From positions 32,001 through 96,000 of the forward strand of contig CAXXSM010000053.1 in NCBI GenBank assembly GCA_963663405.2: a stretch of DNA of 64,000 nt, in the 5' to 3' direction. The position numbers and the translations under genes were made by a program. Below, piece by piece: positions 41,301 through 49,866 of the stretch (the stretch's first letter is position 1; the number at the start of each line of letters is the position of its first letter). The notes beneath the pieces are model-generated. The model made no database searches. It had not been told where the DNA came from and saw only the letters and a program-made list of their open reading frames with translations. This stretch comes from a bacterium. Its GTDB lineage: Bacteria > Hinthialibacterota > Hinthialibacteria > Hinthialibacterales > Hinthialibacteraceae.

Positions 41301-41335
41301 TTTTTGAGAATAAGGTTAAGTTCCGGGGTTTCCAT
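38309..41335 (-). CDS. Very acidic low-complexity 1008-aa protein with duplicated internal domain, coiled coil and C-terminal DUF2325-like domain
   Basis: Long D/E tracts; two related ~55-aa units (EISLSSLQQACERIFNEPIQLV / CISPVSLQSALSRVYDEPVEIV); C-terminal ILLLGG...SDLILTLSSDAV...AKSIAEENNK. Confidence 0.8.
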   Translation of the reverse strand: METPELNLILKNCFTRQKLQSILQIDSEGNDLYNAAVEAILCEEDAGLTLSQTLDNESERQQSKIHSMNLRELRNSLSIEFLEPGRTLGLIVWSLMRDDRIGARNLAGDIARRLQNVEPPYTADAEPETIPELRREETTSPEEIQEETLDESLDFEDIEIEELIDEDTIPEIDETIEDIELDDDEIEEILETTSESSDETEEEYKPGKKELKVFEDDKELDSLIAELTSDDSEEEISITEEDWDEDMEPEEEETLDLDLSALEEESVEDMGLESAGEVDDVDELIASLADEEEQEETKIQHPLDLGEEENETNGVLGLDISEEDFSEIESVLQSADDITDIELEDDEELDEALFDEDVIDSIESELQESDISSGGDTESVSIESEIEIEEIPEEIQIEESITEIPEELLAKFMEDSIPESVEEPTPEFVEETMTGEMEKPADIPPKENMVALGGVEISLSSLQQACERIFNEPIQLVADSNLVQEDKIVVVGKRCGVRILYGPHYVIQQAEEIAPDSEEPVCISPVSLQSALSRVYDEPVEIVPDPDLLKEGIVTFVSQKQGVIVIKNPHTQVTLPAWVDSTLQAEIQSYSAEREIDLIAMSEQIQTLQETLSTLQETITESINKQLQTLQEKDLGSINKQLHALQEKDLGSINKQLQALQEKDIDSISEQFQTLQERINSLEERLSLVTKESSALPMKEVTIEETIPIEDISSDEVESSELVMETEPAPTIPVAESPEEELVEPETALEEIAPEIVSEESDEEETELDLDALDAMISNGENEDAVEEEIALEDLDILTAELDENVEDILGDEATSDDLSELEETEEEEDLGDEEIDLDGLDLEGLDEALDTIESPEDEIEDEETGAAELEEELDLDQLDEELDLDILDELDEEENGFEPKPVYNGENILLLGGEEKNEADYLRVVDELGGKAIWRANLTGAADEDITELVEQSDLILTLSSDAVADPGILKAKSIAEENNKRLFEHHSSNPTSVQKQLMKLVEEGNV
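39296..39473 (-). repeat. 45-bp coding tandem repeat (about 4 copies; 15-aa unit SINKQLxxLQEKDLG)
   Basis: gaaccgaggtctttttcttgaag recurs at 39381 and 39426; translation shows four units. Confidence 0.85.
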
Positions 41336-41410
41336 GTTCAGGTTACTTCCTTTTCTCCCTCAGCGGCTGATATCCGGCTTGTCCAAGGCCGATACATGAT
41401 GATTGTCACG

Positions 41411-41896
41411 CTAGGAACGCATTGCAGTCGCTTCAATAATTTTAGGATGGGAAAGAGTGATTATCACCGCGACTTGTAATGTGTTCAGTGCAATATATAA
41501 AATTGGAGACGGGATTCGTTCCGAACGGACGAACACGCTCCATGCAAGCAGCGCAACGGTGAACACCATGTCAAATCCCAATAGGGCGCGTAGAACTCTT
41601 CGCGCCCATTCCTTGTGTCGAAGCAGCCAAATCGAGCAGACAATCACTCCATTCCATAATGCAATATTATATAGATTAAGCGAAAGAAAAGAAAATGGTG
41701 TTTTGGCGATTGTTTCCAACGCTTCATACCACTCAGGATTTAATTCCGGATCAACGTGTCCAGTCACATAAGCGAGATAAGATAATAATCCCACAAAACT
41801 TTCCAATACGGCGAACGCGCCACTGAAAAAGCAGACAATCGCGATGGCGCGAATCCATAGAATCTGATCGGACGCGCCGTTCTCCTTTTCTCTCAT
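41411..41896 (-). CDS. Hypothetical four-TM membrane protein
   Basis: Four hydrophobic segments, WLLRHKEWARR motif; GGAGAG RBS upstream. Confidence 0.7.
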   Translation of the reverse strand: MREKENGASDQILWIRAIAIVCFFSGAFAVLESFVGLLSYLAYVTGHVDPELNPEWYEALETIAKTPFSFLSLNLYNIALWNGVIVCSIWLLRHKEWARRVLRALLGFDMVFTVALLAWSVFVRSERIPSPILYIALNTLQVAVIITLSHPKIIEATAMRS

Positions 41897-42135
41897 TCAA
41901 CTCTCTCCAAATCGTCATGTATGATGAAACCGGCGGATAGGATTATTCTACCAGAACTTGAACATATAGTATAACGACATCCCGCATGGCGCCGGTTTTT
42001 CAACCCAAACGGACGATTCTTCTACCCTGTTCAGTTTTCGGCAGAGTGAGTAAGATACCTTAATAAAGAATATCGATCTTCTTTAAAATGAGGGACAAAA
42101 TTGCATTCTAGCGCCCGGAATGCAAGAGAATATTA

Positions 42136-42798
42136 ATGAATAATCCAAATGATAACGTGAGAATCGGCTTAGCGATCACTGGCGCCAGCGGTGTGATTTA
42201 TGGTTTTCGCTTACTCGAAGAACTTCTCCGCCGTCAAGTTTTAGTGCATTTAACGATTAGCCCCACCGCCGCGCATATCGCCCAATTAGAGCTGAATCGA
42301 ACCATCGATCTGGAAACCGGCTCAATCCAAGGAATGGATGATTTGTTTCAGAAATGGGTGATTTATCATCATTTTACACACACCGGCGCCGCGCCGGCTT
42401 CGGGATCTTATCATTTAAAAGCTACCGCTATTGTTCCATGCAGTATGGGAACGATGGGCCGGATCGCGTCGGGGACATCTGAGACCCTGATTGGGCGTAT
42501 GGCCGATGTCGCCTTGAAAGAGCGGCGTCCTCTGATTATCGTCCCCCGCGAGACACCCTACAATACAATTCACTTGCGAAACATGTGCGCTTTATCGGAG
42601 TTGGGAGCGATCATTCTCCCCGCCAGTCCTGGATTGTATCATCATCCCCAATCCGTTCAGGAAATGGTTGATTTTGTCGTCGCCCGTATTTTAGATCATC
42701 TCGGTTTTGACGGACGGGATTTAGTCAAGGGGGGATGGGCGGCGATCGATCCTCTGGCGAATCAATCTCACCTGGACACTGTAAATGATACGTTTTGA
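42136..42798 (+). CDS. ubiX: Flavin prenyltransferase UbiX
   Basis: ITGASG, PASGS, PCSMGT, ADVALKERRPLIIVPRETP, PASPGLY, VDFVVARILD. Confidence 0.93.
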   Translation: MNNPNDNVRIGLAITGASGVIYGFRLLEELLRRQVLVHLTISPTAAHIAQLELNRTIDLETGSIQGMDDLFQKWVIYHHFTHTGAAPASGSYHLKATAIVPCSMGTMGRIASGTSETLIGRMADVALKERRPLIIVPRETPYNTIHLRNMCALSELGAIILPASPGLYHHPQSVQEMVDFVVARILDHLGFDGRDLVKGGWAAIDPLANQSHLDTVNDTF

Positions 42799-43645
42799 TA
42801 GAATCCGTAATTATCTTGAACTCGTTCGTTTTTCTCACACGATCTTTGCTCTGCCCTTTATTTTGATGGGCGCGATGGTGGCCGCGCGTGGGATTCCTCG
42901 TCTGGATGTGATGGGGTGGATTCTCCTCTGCGCGGCCGCGGCCCGGACAAGCGCCATGACATTCAATCGTGTTGTGGACCGCCATATCGATAGCCTGAAT
43001 CCCAGGACAAAAGACCGTCATTTGCCTTCTGGACTCGTCAACCTGTGGGAGGCGGTTGTGATCTGGGGAGTCTCATCGCTGCTCTTCTTTTTTGGCGCTT
43101 GGATGCTCAATCCATTAGCGTTTTTTCTATCGTTTCCCACGCTGGTCATTCTCTGCGGGTATTCCTTTTGGAAGCGATTTTCCTGCTTATCCCATTTTGT
43201 CTTAGGCTTGTCACTCGGTATCGCTCCAGTAGGCGCGTGGATTGCAGTCAGGGGAACGCTCGATCCTGAGATCCTTCCATTAATGGTATCGGTGCTTTTT
43301 TGGGTGGCGGGTTTTGATATTATCTACGCGCTGCTGGATGAAGAATTTGACCGCCGATTGGGATTGCATTCAATCGTCGTACGATTCGGAAAGATTCGGG
43401 CGCTCCAAATCGCTTTTGCGCTGCATGGAATTAGTGTAATATTCGCGGCTCTCTTTGGATGGACGGCGCAATTGGGATGGATTTATTATCTTGGCACGGC
43501 GGCCTTTGCTGGATTGATTTTATACGAACATAGCCTTGTCAGTCCCCAGGATATAACGCGGGTGAATATTGCGTTTTTTACAGTAAACGGTGTGATCAGC
43601 GCCGGTCTTTTTCTTTGCGCCGCCACTGACTTGCTTCTTTTTTAA
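42785..43645 (+). CDS. ubiA: UbiA-family polyprenyltransferase (MqnP-like, futalosine menaquinone pathway)
   Basis: FSHTIFALPF, ARTSAMTFNRVVDRHID.LNPRT..R.LPSG, WVAGFDIIYALLDEEFD, AFFTVNG; coupled to ubiX. Confidence 0.88.
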   Translation: MIRFDRIRNYLELVRFSHTIFALPFILMGAMVAARGIPRLDVMGWILLCAAAARTSAMTFNRVVDRHIDSLNPRTKDRHLPSGLVNLWEAVVIWGVSSLLFFFGAWMLNPLAFFLSFPTLVILCGYSFWKRFSCLSHFVLGLSLGIAPVGAWIAVRGTLDPEILPLMVSVLFWVAGFDIIYALLDEEFDRRLGLHSIVVRFGKIRALQIAFALHGISVIFAALFGWTAQLGWIYYLGTAAFAGLILYEHSLVSPQDITRVNIAFFTVNGVISAGLFLCAATDLLLF

Positions 43646-43755
43646 GAAACCGATAGGAGTGGATTTAATCATACTCCATATTATTATTTACCATACCAGC
43701 TAATATTTTCGCTTAATTGTATAGGGAATAGTACACGAACGATGGGGAAGCGAAA

Positions 43756-45210
43756 TCACTTGTGAATTGGCCAGGAGGAGACATTTGTATCTGGCTTTGT
43801 AAAAGGCGCGTAATAAGTGGGAAGCCAGGTTGAAAGTTCTTGTTTTACCTCTGTGTATTCTGGCTGATCCGCTAAATTCGTCCATTCATTTGGATCATTG
43901 TCATGATCGTATAACTCTTCCGTTCCATCTTTATATCGAATGTATCGCCAACGTTCCGATCTTACGCTTTCATTCTTATACTGACAACTCGTCAAGGCCG
44001 GCCTATCCCATTTTGCTGTTGGATCGTTCAATAAGGGTACAAGGCTGACTCCCTCGAATTCTGGTAGCGTGTCTAAACCGCAGAGTTCAGCCAGTGTTGG
44101 GTAAATATCGAGGTGACTCACAGTGCGTTCGCATATAACACCTTTATGGATCGAATCTGGTATTGACACAATGAGAGGGACATGCGTTGCTTCTTCCCAT
44201 AGACAATTTTTGTGTATACGTAACTTTTCCCCCATATGAAAGCCATGGTCCGATGTATACACAATGATCGTATTATTAGCGAAAGGGCTTGCGTCTAAAG
44301 TGTCTAAGATCTTCCCAATTAACGAATCGTTATAAGTAATGGAAGCTAAATAGGCGGAAACAAGGTCTCCCCACTTATTGTTTTCGAACACTTTTGTAAA
44401 GGTTTCACAAGGGCCCTTGAGAAACATTTGCGCGCCGGTAGGCAGATCCTCTAAATCATTTTCACATATCGCCGGAAGAGTTATTTCATCAGGAGGATAT
44501 AGATCCTTATATTTTTTGGGCACATACAAAGGAGCGTGTGTGCGAGTTAAACCGCATGCTAGAAAAAAAGGTTTATCTACTTGCGCTGTGTTTAGAAAAT
44601 CACATACCAATTTACACCTATTACTATCGGGAAATTCCTCATCAGGTTTATCGATGGGAGCCCAATCCAAATCGAGATCTTCAATACCACAAGCTGGTAT
44701 TTGATCAGGTTTCGGATTTCCTAAACCACCCCCATCATATTCATTCCAGTTTTGTTCATCGCGGTTTATGACGCCAATTTCATGACTAGATTGATCATGA
44801 AAGACTTTTCCTATACCTCTGGCATAGTATCCATTATTTTTGAAATTATGAGGAATTGTTATTGCGTTGGGTAGATAATTCCTCCAATCTGCATGCTTAT
44901 TATTGTAAACACCGGAAGTTGTTGGCCGAATGCCAGTCAGCAGGCTCGTTCGCGAAGGATTGCATATTGCTCCTGAAGAATAGGCGCGGTTGAATAAAAT
45001 CCCACGGTTCGCTAGCCGGTCGAAGTTTGGAGTAATGACATCGGGATGTCCTTCCATGCAGCCAATCCAATCATTCGTATCATCAGCAATGATAAATAAA
45101 ACATTGGGGGGGCTTTCACTGGCTCGTGTTAGTTTTGATGGAATATTCATGGATGAAAAGACTGCAATATTCGTGAATGTTTGTTTTATAAAAGTTCTTC
45201 GATTTAGCAT
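43756..45210 (-). CDS. Tat-exported sulfatase (iduronate-2-sulfatase/choline-sulfatase-like)
   Basis: NRRTFIK Tat signal, PNVLFIIADD, CNPSR (CxPSR), GKVFH, SDHG, ELYDH..DP.EW.NLA. Confidence 0.92.
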   Translation of the reverse strand: MLNRRTFIKQTFTNIAVFSSMNIPSKLTRASESPPNVLFIIADDTNDWIGCMEGHPDVITPNFDRLANRGILFNRAYSSGAICNPSRTSLLTGIRPTTSGVYNNKHADWRNYLPNAITIPHNFKNNGYYARGIGKVFHDQSSHEIGVINRDEQNWNEYDGGGLGNPKPDQIPACGIEDLDLDWAPIDKPDEEFPDSNRCKLVCDFLNTAQVDKPFFLACGLTRTHAPLYVPKKYKDLYPPDEITLPAICENDLEDLPTGAQMFLKGPCETFTKVFENNKWGDLVSAYLASITYNDSLIGKILDTLDASPFANNTIIVYTSDHGFHMGEKLRIHKNCLWEEATHVPLIVSIPDSIHKGVICERTVSHLDIYPTLAELCGLDTLPEFEGVSLVPLLNDPTAKWDRPALTSCQYKNESVRSERWRYIRYKDGTEELYDHDNDPNEWTNLADQPEYTEVKQELSTWLPTYYAPFTKPDTNVSSWPIHK

Positions 45211-45566
45211 CTTTTCGATTATCCTTTCAAATATATCTTAATTTTTTATGAAATATGTTATAGTTGTTATTATTTAATGTCAAGCTAAATTCGTATTAAT
45301 GCGATAGTATGATTCATTGTTGGATTATTTTGTTCCTATCCGCGCCAATATCCATTCAAATCCATAACTAAATATTTAATCATTGAAGGAAGGAGATTTT
45401 GGGAAGAAAAAATGAAAAAAAATAATCAAAATAAAACGATGAAGAGAGGCTATATTTTTCGTTATGAAATGGACAATATAGGAGGAGAGTGGATTTAGAT
45501 GGAATAAATAGTGAATTGAAGATCTGTAAAAATGATGATAGTTTTTAAATAGGAGATGGTTTTACA

Positions 45567-46124
45567 ATGTTAAAACAAAGACACGGATTTACATTAATCG
45601 AACTGCTCATCGTTGTGGCTATTATTGGAATTCTTGCGGCCATCGCCGTTCCGAATTTTTTAAACGCCCAGATCCGCGCCAAAGTGTCCCGCACCTATGC
45701 GGATGAAACCGCTCTCTCGACGGCGATTGAAATGTACAATCTGGATAACGGCGCGTATCCACCCGAAGATTTTGAAGGAAGCGAAGTGCGGAATTTTACG
45801 AAACTGGTCCGCCTGACAACGCCAATCGCCTATATGAGCAGCATCCCCGGCGATCCATTTAACCAACTCAGCGATTCCGTCGTCTTTAATGAACCACCCA
45901 TCCCCTACGCCACGTATCACTACACAAGCAAGAATGACAGCCGCAATTCTCCGAATCCTAGCTGGTGGGGGCCGTATTCATGGAACTTAATGGGATACGG
46001 ACCCGACCGCGATCCCTCCTCGTACCAATCCCTTGATTACGATTCTACGAATGGTCTCGTGAGCCTTGGAAATATTCTTCTCTGGGGGTCGGGAAACAGC
46101 CGCCTCCCTCCTTGGAAAATCTAA
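45567..46124 (+). CDS. Prepilin-type N-terminal cleavage/methylation protein, paralogue 3
   Basis: G|FTLIELLIVVAIIGILAAIAVPNF; AGGAG RBS. Confidence 0.9.
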   Translation: MLKQRHGFTLIELLIVVAIIGILAAIAVPNFLNAQIRAKVSRTYADETALSTAIEMYNLDNGAYPPEDFEGSEVRNFTKLVRLTTPIAYMSSIPGDPFNQLSDSVVFNEPPIPYATYHYTSKNDSRNSPNPSWWGPYSWNLMGYGPDRDPSSYQSLDYDSTNGLVSLGNILLWGSGNSRLPPWKI

Positions 46125-46201
46125 AGAAATAACCACCGCGCATGGCTGGAGACTTTCCGGTTAGATTGATCTAGGATAGGGAAAAGTAAAGGAGTTATCA
46201 A

Positions 46202-47506
46202 ATGAATCTGTCAAAACAATCATCCAAATCAATCAATATCGACCGCCGTCAATTTAATAGAAATCTTGCCTCCTATTCGGCTGCTCTTGGTTTGAGCGCG
46301 CAATCAATGAAACAAGCGCTGGGCTCCAACGAGCAAATCAACGTTGGCGTCATCGGTTGTGGCGGCCGTGCGGGATCTCATATCGGGATGCTCATGAAGT
46401 TTAAAGAACAGGGAATGCGTCTCGATATTGTGGCCTTGTGCGACACCTACCGCCCACGTTTAATGAAAACCGCCGAACGAACGAAAGCCTCCTTCACAAC
46501 TATGCGTCACGAAGAACTGCTCGCTCGTCCGGACGTCGATCTCGTTCTGATCGCCACACCGGAACATTGGCACGGTTACCAAACCCTCGACGCGCTAAAC
46601 GCTGGTAAGGATATCTATGTCGAAAAGCCTCTCACGCATTGGCGGCAACTCGGTTTGGGAGAGAAAATCGCCAAAACGGTCAAAGAGACGGGACGCATCG
46701 TGCAAGTCGGCAGTCAGCGTATGTCTTCCTCTGCGTACACACAGGCCCGCGCCCTCGTTCAGAAAGGGATGATTGGCAAACCCGTCATGGCGGAAACCGG
46801 CTATTTCCGTTTTGGGGATTGGGGAGAGCGGGGCATGCGCGTCGATGATCCCAACGCCAAACCGGGGCCGGAACTGGATTGGGATCGCTTTCAGGGCGAC
46901 TGCCCGCGGCGTGAGTTCAATGTCAGCCGCTATTTCCGTTGGCGTATGTACGCCGATACCGCCGGAGGTCCGATTTCGGATAACTATATCCATTTCTACA
47001 ATCCACTCGCGTATGTCCTTGATCTCGGCTACCCCGATAAAGTCGCTGGATTGGGGGGAATCTACCGCTATACGATCGAGGAAGCCCCCGATCCCATTTA
47101 TGGCGAGGAACGGGACATCCCCGATACGTGTAATTTGGTCATCGAGTATCCAGACCAACTCACCGTTACCTGCGTCGGCACGCAAGCCAACGCCTATACT
47201 ACATATGGCAGCAACGAAACCCCCATTATTCGCGGGTGGGATGGAACTTTATTAATCGGTGAATCGGATATCGTGGTTCTCCGCTCGGATAACAGCAAAG
47301 AAATCCACCGCGAACCCATCCAATCGGGCGTCGATCAGATGAAATTCTGGTCGGATTTCCTTCACTGCTGCCGAACCCGGACACAACCGCTCTCTAACGC
47401 GCAGCTGAGCGCTCCCGTCAATACTACTATGCAGATGGGAGTTCTGGCTGTCCGGGGGGAACGGGTCGTCCGTTTCGATCATGAAAACCAAAAAGTTATT
47501 GTGTAG
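46202..47506 (+). CDS. Tat-exported Gfo/Idh/MocA family oxidoreductase
   Basis: DRRQF signal, IGCGGR, IATPEHWH, DIYVEKP, VQVGSQ, FRWR. Confidence 0.9.
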   Translation: MNLSKQSSKSINIDRRQFNRNLASYSAALGLSAQSMKQALGSNEQINVGVIGCGGRAGSHIGMLMKFKEQGMRLDIVALCDTYRPRLMKTAERTKASFTTMRHEELLARPDVDLVLIATPEHWHGYQTLDALNAGKDIYVEKPLTHWRQLGLGEKIAKTVKETGRIVQVGSQRMSSSAYTQARALVQKGMIGKPVMAETGYFRFGDWGERGMRVDDPNAKPGPELDWDRFQGDCPRREFNVSRYFRWRMYADTAGGPISDNYIHFYNPLAYVLDLGYPDKVAGLGGIYRYTIEEAPDPIYGEERDIPDTCNLVIEYPDQLTVTCVGTQANAYTTYGSNETPIIRGWDGTLLIGESDIVVLRSDNSKEIHREPIQSGVDQMKFWSDFLHCCRTRTQPLSNAQLSAPVNTTMQMGVLAVRGERVVRFDHENQKVIV

Positions 47507-47557
47507 GCTATGATTGAATGTAAGTTTTGATATAAACCAAGAAAGGAAAACAGACAT

Positions 47558-49093
47558 ATGCTAGATCGTTATATTGGATTTAGGACGAGTATCTTAATTT
47601 ACCCTCTCCTATTCATTCTTACTATTTCCACAATTAGCCACGCTGAGCAAGAAGAGAGCCGCTGGGAAGAAACAATTCAAGCCTTTGAAGAAAAAGACAA
47701 AGAAAATCCACCCCCCCAAGGAGCCGTTCTCTTTATCGGTTCTTCCTCTATTCGAGGCTGGGATTTGGTGGAGAGTTTTCCTGGTTTGCCTGCGATCAAC
47801 CGGGGATTTGGCGGTTCTCACGTCTCCGATAGTGTGGAATTCGCCCATCGAATCGCGATCCCCTATAAACCAAAGACAGTTGTTCTTTACGCTGGGGATA
47901 ATGATATCGCTTCCGGGAAAACACCCGAAACGGTATTAAATGATTTTAAAGCCTTTGTCAAAATCATTCACAGCAGCCTGCCTACAACGCGTATCGTTTT
48001 CGTCCCTATCAAACCTAGTATTAGCCGCTGGAACCTTATCGGGGAAATGCGTAAAGCGAACGCGATGATCCGAGAAGTTTGTGAACAGGATCAACGCCTT
48101 CAATACGTCGATATCGACACGCCCATGATCGGCCCCGATGGCAGGCCACGCGTTGAACTCTTCAAAGATGATGGGCTGCACTTGAATAAAGAGGGATATA
48201 AATTGTGGAGCGCGCTTGTCTATCCCTATCTTGAAACGAGCGTTCCCAAAGAAGAAGGTAAAATCCTCGTCGCGACATGTCAGTTTCCCGTCTCCAGCAA
48301 AATTTCGATGAACGCGGCCTGGATTCGTAAACAGATGCGCGACGCGAAAGAAAGCCAAGCGGATATCGTCCATTTTTCCGAAGTGGCTCTATCCGGTTAT
48401 GCGGGTGTAGACCGTGAAAGCATGGACGATTACAACTGGAAGGAACACGCCGCCGAACTCGATTCGATTCGAGCGCTTGCGAAAGAACTGCGCCTCTGGG
48501 TGGTTCTCGGCGCCGTCCATCGGCTCACAGAACCGAACAAACCTCACAATTCACTTTATGTGATTAATCCGCAGGGAAAAATCATCGACCGTTACGACAA
48601 ACGGTTCTGCACGGGCGGCGATCTGAAACATTTCTCGCCCGGCGATCATTTCGTCACGTTTGATGTGAATGGAGCGCGCTGCGGGCTTTTAATCTGTTAT
48701 GACATCCGCTTTCCGGAATTATACCGGCAGTACAACAAACTTGGTGTCCGTCTGATGTTCCATTCTTTCCACAACGCGCGTCAGAAGGAAGGCTCCATCC
48801 ATCCCAAAATCATGCCTCCCACCGCCCAAGCCCGTGCGGCTTCGAACAATATGTTCATCTCCATGAACAATTCCTGCGCCCCCCGTAGTTGGCAAAGCCT
48901 TTTCATTACCCCAGACGGCCTAATCCAAGAACGCTTGCCTCTCGATCAACCAGGAGTGATGATCAATCTCGTCGATGTTAACAAAAAATATTACGACGCG
49001 AGCCGCCCCTACCGCATAGATTGCATCGATGGAAAATGGAACAGCGGAGAGGTTGTAGACGATCCCCGGTCGAAGGATAGACAAAGTTATTAA
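47558..49093 (+). CDS. Fusion: secreted SGNH/GDSL hydrolase + carbon-nitrogen hydrolase (nitrilase superfamily)
   Basis: FIGSSS, NRGFGGS, YAGDND, DGLH (SGNH); FSEVAL, YDKRF, LICYDIRFPE (E-K-C triad). Confidence 0.88.
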   Translation: MLDRYIGFRTSILIYPLLFILTISTISHAEQEESRWEETIQAFEEKDKENPPPQGAVLFIGSSSIRGWDLVESFPGLPAINRGFGGSHVSDSVEFAHRIAIPYKPKTVVLYAGDNDIASGKTPETVLNDFKAFVKIIHSSLPTTRIVFVPIKPSISRWNLIGEMRKANAMIREVCEQDQRLQYVDIDTPMIGPDGRPRVELFKDDGLHLNKEGYKLWSALVYPYLETSVPKEEGKILVATCQFPVSSKISMNAAWIRKQMRDAKESQADIVHFSEVALSGYAGVDRESMDDYNWKEHAAELDSIRALAKELRLWVVLGAVHRLTEPNKPHNSLYVINPQGKIIDRYDKRFCTGGDLKHFSPGDHFVTFDVNGARCGLLICYDIRFPELYRQYNKLGVRLMFHSFHNARQKEGSIHPKIMPPTAQARAASNNMFISMNNSCAPRSWQSLFITPDGLIQERLPLDQPGVMINLVDVNKKYYDASRPYRIDCIDGKWNSGEVVDDPRSKDRQSY

Positions 49094-49094
49094 T

Positions 49095-49388
49095 GGAGCG
49101 CGGGCGTCCCGCCCGTGAATTATTAAACTCAACATTGTAAGGCAAAAGCGCAACGCAGATCGAGTAGAGTGGGCTAAATGCGAAGCGTAGGGCGCCATGT
49201 GTAAGTTTATCAGAAGAGATAATATAGAATCAAAGAAGAAAAGTCATTTTGCGTTTCGCTTATAACATTTCTGTAAGTTAAAATAAATATACGGATTGCA
49301 TAATAGGATATGAAGGAAGTTCAAAGATAGATGAGGAATGTAAGTTTTCCGAACGTAGTGGTGGGCTACGCTTCGCTCTTAGCCCTAC
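49095..49388. repeat. REP-like palindromic elements: GGAGCGCGGGCGTCCCGCCCG (~49095) and an inverted GTAG-type pair (49164-49197 / 49359-49388)
   Basis: GTAGagtGGGCTAAatGCGAAGCGTAG matches the reverse complement of GGTGGGCTACGCTTCGCtcTTAGCCCTAC. Confidence 0.6.
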
Positions 49389-49436
49389 AGAACTTCGCAA
49401 TTTCTCTTTGTTTTCACAAGGGAATGGAGATGTCCC

Positions 49437-49844
49437 ATGAAGGGTCAACGGTTTAAGGTTGTGAATATCCCTTGGAAATGCGAAGTATCACATCAGTCAT
49501 CAATTGAATTGGAAACTGCAAATGGACAACGATTTACATGTTTCAATGATGGATACGATTGTAAAATTGGTAAGTTTATCACAGTTCATTATTTTGGTTA
49601 TTTTGATGAAACGAGGGATTTCGATACATATTTTAAATCCAATCCAAAACAAGAGAAATCAATTGTGCAGACGGCCGAATGGGACTACGATTTTAAAGGA
49701 CAAATTATTGAACTTGAAAAGGATACCACATGGGTTGATTGTGGAGGAGTTATTATTCCCATTGAGTATCTAACTCACGATAAAAGAGTGATTGGAGATT
49801 GGGTAGGCTTTTCGGTTAGCAGACTGGAAATTGAAGCGGATTAA
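49437..49844 (+). CDS. Hypothetical protein (AT-rich, 135 aa)
   Basis: GGAG RBS; fills the gap before mtaB; protein-like C-terminus (VDCGGVIIP...GDWVGFSVSRLEI). Confidence 0.7.
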   Translation: MKGQRFKVVNIPWKCEVSHQSSIELETANGQRFTCFNDGYDCKIGKFITVHYFGYFDETRDFDTYFKSNPKQEKSIVQTAEWDYDFKGQIIELEKDTTWVDCGGVIIPIEYLTHDKRVIGDWVGFSVSRLEIEAD

Positions 49845-49866
49845 ACCTTAATAAACTGCAAAAATA

